Shown here: one piece after another, positions 35,284 to 38,612 of the stretch
How positions within the stretch are numbered: the stretch's first letter is position 1
Layout of the letters: the number at the start of each line of letters is the position of its first letter
NCBI GenBank assembly: GCA_903877345.1
Contig: CAIRDL010000120.1
Span: 1-38,612 of the forward strand
Length of the DNA: 38,612 nucleotides
DNA from: an uncultured Oscillochloris sp.
Lineage (GTDB): Bacteria > Chloroflexota > Chloroflexia > Chloroflexales > Chloroflexaceae
Direction of reading: 5' to 3'
The notes under the pieces: model-generated
Seen by the model: the letters and a program-made list of their open reading frames with translations, nothing else
Databases searched by the model: none
What the model was told of the DNA's origin: nothing
Program-made: the position numbers and the translations under genes

Positions 35284-37644
35284 ATGTACCTTGCGCCGCT
35301 CGTCAGCTTCCTGCTTTTTGCCACCGGAGCTTCGTTTGTGGCCGCTCTGATCGCCCGCCGCCGCGAGGATGTCGCCGGGCGGCAGTTGTTTGTTTGGTTG
35401 ATGGGCGCAATTGGTACTTGGAGCGGCTTGAATGCGCTGGAACTGGTGGTGCCCGACCAAGCGCTGAAGATTGGGTTGTCCAAGCTCGCGTATCCAGCGG
35501 TTATGAGTGTCGTACCGCTTTGGCTGCTGCTGGTGCGCTATGTAGCCGGTCATCCGCCCCTCAGACCCCGTCGCATTGCCCGCCTCGCCATCATTCCCAT
35601 GCTCACAGTCGTGTTGGCCTGGACGAACGAACTCCACGGGTGGCTCTGGGCGAGTATCACACCCGCCACGCCCGCTTCTGGGGTGCTCGTGTACGCCCAC
35701 GGCCCCTGGATCTGGGTCTCCGCCGTCTATAACTACGGGCTGCTCATCGCCGCGACGGTCATCCTGATCCGTGCCTTGCGCTCGACTCCGCGCCCTTTTC
35801 ACCCTCAGTTGCGCACTTTGTTAGTCGCTGGGAGCTTCCCTTGGCTCGGTAATCTGCTCTATCTCACCGGGACAGTGCCGCTGCTGGGCCTCGATCTCAC
35901 CCCGATTGCGTTTATGCTGACCGGGCTGCTTACCCTGTGGAGCCTCACGCGCCAGCAACTTTTCGACCTCGTGCCGGTTGCGCGGGGCGTGCTGCTTGAC
36001 CATTTGCACGATGGCGTGCTGGTGCTTGATCGGCAGCAGCGAATCGTGGATCATAACCCGGCGGCCTTGCGCCTGAGTGGCCTTGTCGCCACTGCTATCG
36101 GGCAACCGCTCACCGCCGCGCTCCCCGCTTTGGCCCGAACCGTGCAGACCGCGCTTACCACGGGCACCGCCCAGATGATTGAGGCGTGCGGCCCGCAGGC
36201 GGTTAGTGTGGAGCTACAGACCACCGCGTTGCACGACCGCCACGGTCAGTCGGCGGGGTGGTTGGTGCTGTTGCACGATGTCACCGTTCCGCAGCGCCTT
36301 GCCGCCCAGTTGAGTGCCGAGCGTGATTTCGCGCTTCAGGTGATGCAGACGATGGGCGAGGGGCTAACCGTGACCAATGAACTGGGCCAGTTCACCTTTG
36401 TGAACGACGCTTTTGCCCAGTTGGTAGGCACCACACCCGCCGCGTTGCTTGGGCGGCGACCCATTGAACTGATTATCGCGGAAGATCACCCGCTGCTCTT
36501 GGCGGCCCTGACGATGCGCCGCCAAGGTCTGGTGAACAGCTACAGCACGCGCCTGCGCCGCGCTGATGGTCAACTCATCACAGTGCAAGTTACGGGCGCG
36601 CCACGGTTGGTTGGCAGCCAGTTTGTGGGTAGTGTCACCGTGATCACCGATCTGAGTGAGCGCATCGCCGCCGAGGTGGCGCTTCGTAGCGTTGAGCAGA
36701 CGCTGCGGAGTTTCTTTGACAGCGCGGGCGTGATGATGGGCATTGTCGAGTTGGGCGACCACGATTTCCGCCATATCGCCGATAATGCGGTGACGGCAGC
36801 CTTTTTCGGCACAACTGTCGAGGCGATCCGTGGTCAGTGGGCCAGTGCCTTGCGCATCCCGCCCCCAGTGATCCAGCACTGGCTCCACGCCTATCGCGAG
36901 AGCGAACGGCTCGGCAAGCCGGTGCAGTTTGATTACACCCACGAGCGGCCCAACGGGCGTTTCTGGCTCGCCGCAACGGTGTGCTGCATTGGCCCAGCGC
37001 CAAACGGACAGATTCATTACTCCTACGTGATCACCGATATTACGGCTCGCAAAGAGCTAGAGCTGCAACTCATCGCTTCGCAGCAACAGCTTGAGGTTGC
37101 CAACGCCCAACTCCGCAAACTGGCGCGCACCGATGGCCTGACCGGACTATGGAATCGCACCGCTTTTGATGAGCGGCTCGCTGAAGAGACCGTCCGGGCG
37201 AGCCGCTATCACACGCCGCTCTCGTTGCTTTTACTTGATATTGACCACTTCAAAACCTATAACGACACCTACGGTCATGTGGCGGGCGATGCGGTGCTGC
37301 GTATGATTGCCCAAACCTTCCAGGAACAGTCGCGCCAAAGCGACTTGGCAGCGCGCTACGGTGGTGAAGAATTCGCGGTTATTCTCCCCAACACCGATGC
37401 AGAGGAAGCGGTGTTGGTGGCCGAACGTATTCGCCACCGCGTCGAGTGGACGGCGTGGCCGGAACGGGGGATTACCATCAGTATTGGCGTGGTGACGTTC
37501 CTCCAAGGTTTAACGGTTGAGCAGTTGGTGCAATTGGCTGATGATGCGCTGTACCATGCGAAAGCACAGGGGCGCAATCGGGTGGTGCATGTTCGTCAGA
37601 TCGCGTTGGTGCTGGGTTCTTCCCGTGCGGATAGTACGCCGTAG
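35284..37644 (+). CDS. Diguanylate cyclase (HisKA_7TM-like sensor, PAS x3, GGDEF)
   Basis: Seven hydrophobic segments ending LDLTPIAF; TDGLTGLWNR, DIDHFK.YNDTYGH..GD and RQSDLAARYGGEEF (intact A-site and RxxD I-site). Confidence 0.93.
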   Translation: MYLAPLVSFLLFATGASFVAALIARRREDVAGRQLFVWLMGAIGTWSGLNALELVVPDQALKIGLSKLAYPAVMSVVPLWLLLVRYVAGHPPLRPRRIARLAIIPMLTVVLAWTNELHGWLWASITPATPASGVLVYAHGPWIWVSAVYNYGLLIAATVILIRALRSTPRPFHPQLRTLLVAGSFPWLGNLLYLTGTVPLLGLDLTPIAFMLTGLLTLWSLTRQQLFDLVPVARGVLLDHLHDGVLVLDRQQRIVDHNPAALRLSGLVATAIGQPLTAALPALARTVQTALTTGTAQMIEACGPQAVSVELQTTALHDRHGQSAGWLVLLHDVTVPQRLAAQLSAERDFALQVMQTMGEGLTVTNELGQFTFVNDAFAQLVGTTPAALLGRRPIELIIAEDHPLLLAALTMRRQGLVNSYSTRLRRADGQLITVQVTGAPRLVGSQFVGSVTVITDLSERIAAEVALRSVEQTLRSFFDSAGVMMGIVELGDHDFRHIADNAVTAAFFGTTVEAIRGQWASALRIPPPVIQHWLHAYRESERLGKPVQFDYTHERPNGRFWLAATVCCIGPAPNGQIHYSYVITDITARKELELQLIASQQQLEVANAQLRKLARTDGLTGLWNRTAFDERLAEETVRASRYHTPLSLLLLDIDHFKTYNDTYGHVAGDAVLRMIAQTFQEQSRQSDLAARYGGEEFAVILPNTDAEEAVLVAERIRHRVEWTAWPERGITISIGVVTFLQGLTVEQLVQLADDALYHAKAQGRNRVVHVRQIALVLGSSRADSTP

Positions 37645-37723
37645 AGCTTTTGGCTTTTAGATTTTAGATTGTGGATTGCCGGAGGAGCAATCCGCCTGGC
37701 ATTGTTGCGTGGAGTCGAGGCTT

Positions 37724-37876
37724 TAGGGACAATGATTCGTGCTGCGTGATCCGTAACCGGGCCGCACCCTGACCGATTACGGATCACGCAACACCGATCA
37801 GACGGGATGTTTCAAACCAGTTTGACCGTTTAGGCAATGCATTGCGTCTTGGTGTAGCAAAGCTGCAATCTGAAGC
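37724..37876 (+). repeat. Composite repeat: family A core fused to family B
   Basis: A core (gggccgcaccctgacc with heptamer arms) is followed by cagacgggatgtttcaaaccagtttgaccgttt...gctgcaatctgaa. The same junction occurs at 7437-7456. Confidence 0.7.
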
Positions 37877-38066
37877 CTTGTCTTTGGATCTCTGTGTCTG
37901 TGGTACGATCACCGAGCGCTGTTGCGTTGTTGAGTTAGGGTAGCGGTAGAAAAGAGTTTGTCTGAGAAGTGGTATTCTTGCGCGTGACGCACCTAAGGAG
38001 CAACCGATGGAACTGCCCAACGCCTGCAAGATCATGGTGCAAGGATAGCAGATGCGTAGTTCTTAA

Positions 38067-38199
38067 GGGAAGCGGATCTTTTCAATTGTTCCGTCGTGAC
38101 CCGTGATGCGTGATCCGTGATCGGTCACGGCACGGCCTCGTCACGGATCACGCATCACGGGTCAAGCGGTGACAAGACGTTTTAATTTTTCCGCTTCCC
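38067..38199. mobile_element. MITE-like element, family A, with perfect TIRs and TAA target duplication
   Basis: gggaagcgga / tccgcttccc, with TAA on both sides (38064-66 and 38200-02) and an internal heptamer palindrome. Confidence 0.75.
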
Positions 38200-38239
38200 T
38201 AACAACTATTTCAAATTGAAGAAAGATGATTACCACAGT

Positions 38240-38612
38240 ATGAATTCATTGCACCCACAGGATGTCACCGCCGCGCTCCAACAGGTTGCAGCGGCATATG
38301 CGCGTATCACCCATGCTGCGGCGCAGGCCCACAAGGCAGAGCGGCAGTATCTTGACACGGTTCACGCAGCCTCTACGGCCCACCATGACGTGATCGCCCA
38401 GTTTACCCAAGCAGCCCTCGGCGGAACGTTCCGCTGGAGTACAGCCCCGTGGTCAGATCCGCTCTGGGACGCCTTTGCGCCTGAACTAGCAGCGCCCATC
38501 CCGGCTACAGTGCGCCTCGGGCACATTGTCCCGCTCGATGCTCCGACGCTCGAATTGCCCGCGCTCGCGCCGCTCATCGGTCACGGCCACCTCTTTTTCT
38601 TGGGCCAAGACC
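38240..38612 (+). CDS. 5' part of a gene running off the window (hypothetical; possibly the N-terminus of an FtsK/SpoIIIE-type protein)
   Basis: Frame is open from ATG 38240 to the end: MNSLHPQDVTAALQQ...WSDPLWDAF...VRLGH...LPALAPLIGHGHLFF. The family guess is weak. Confidence 0.55.
   Translation, partial: MNSLHPQDVTAALQQVAAAYARITHAAAQAHKAERQYLDTVHAASTAHHDVIAQFTQAALGGTFRWSTAPWSDPLWDAFAPELAAPIPATVRLGHIVPLDAPTLELPALAPLIGHGHLFFLGQD

Overview
GC-rich bacterial window, probably from a filamentous anoxygenic phototroph of the Chloroflexales (inferred from the nifHBDK arrangement and the style of the secreted proteins). In order it holds: a Family 2A encapsulin with its cargo cysteine desulfurase; a receiver protein; a HAD-IIA phosphatase; four envelope/secreted genes (L,D-transpeptidase, DPBB-like/FN3 protein, DUF3048 protein, triple-repeat protein); a two-gene McrBC-like module whose nuclease partner has an extra C-terminal HEPN-like RxxxxH domain; two tandem PAS hybrid histidine kinases; an App1-like phosphatase; myo-inositol-1-phosphate synthase; a minimal nifH-nifB-nifD-nifK cluster (no nifEN/SU/V/X) with a ~520-nt structured leader and two small downstream orphan genes; an amidase; cdaR-cdaA; a pseudo-receiver with a 7TM-PAS-GGDEF cyclase; and a truncated ORF at the right edge. 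Intergenic spaces carry several modular MITE/REP-like repeat families, some with TTA/TAA target duplications. The best candidates for new biology are the McrB + McrC-HEPN defence module, the independently transcribed 94-aa four-repeat protein beside nif, and the long nif leader. All calls come from reading motifs by eye; no searches were run.
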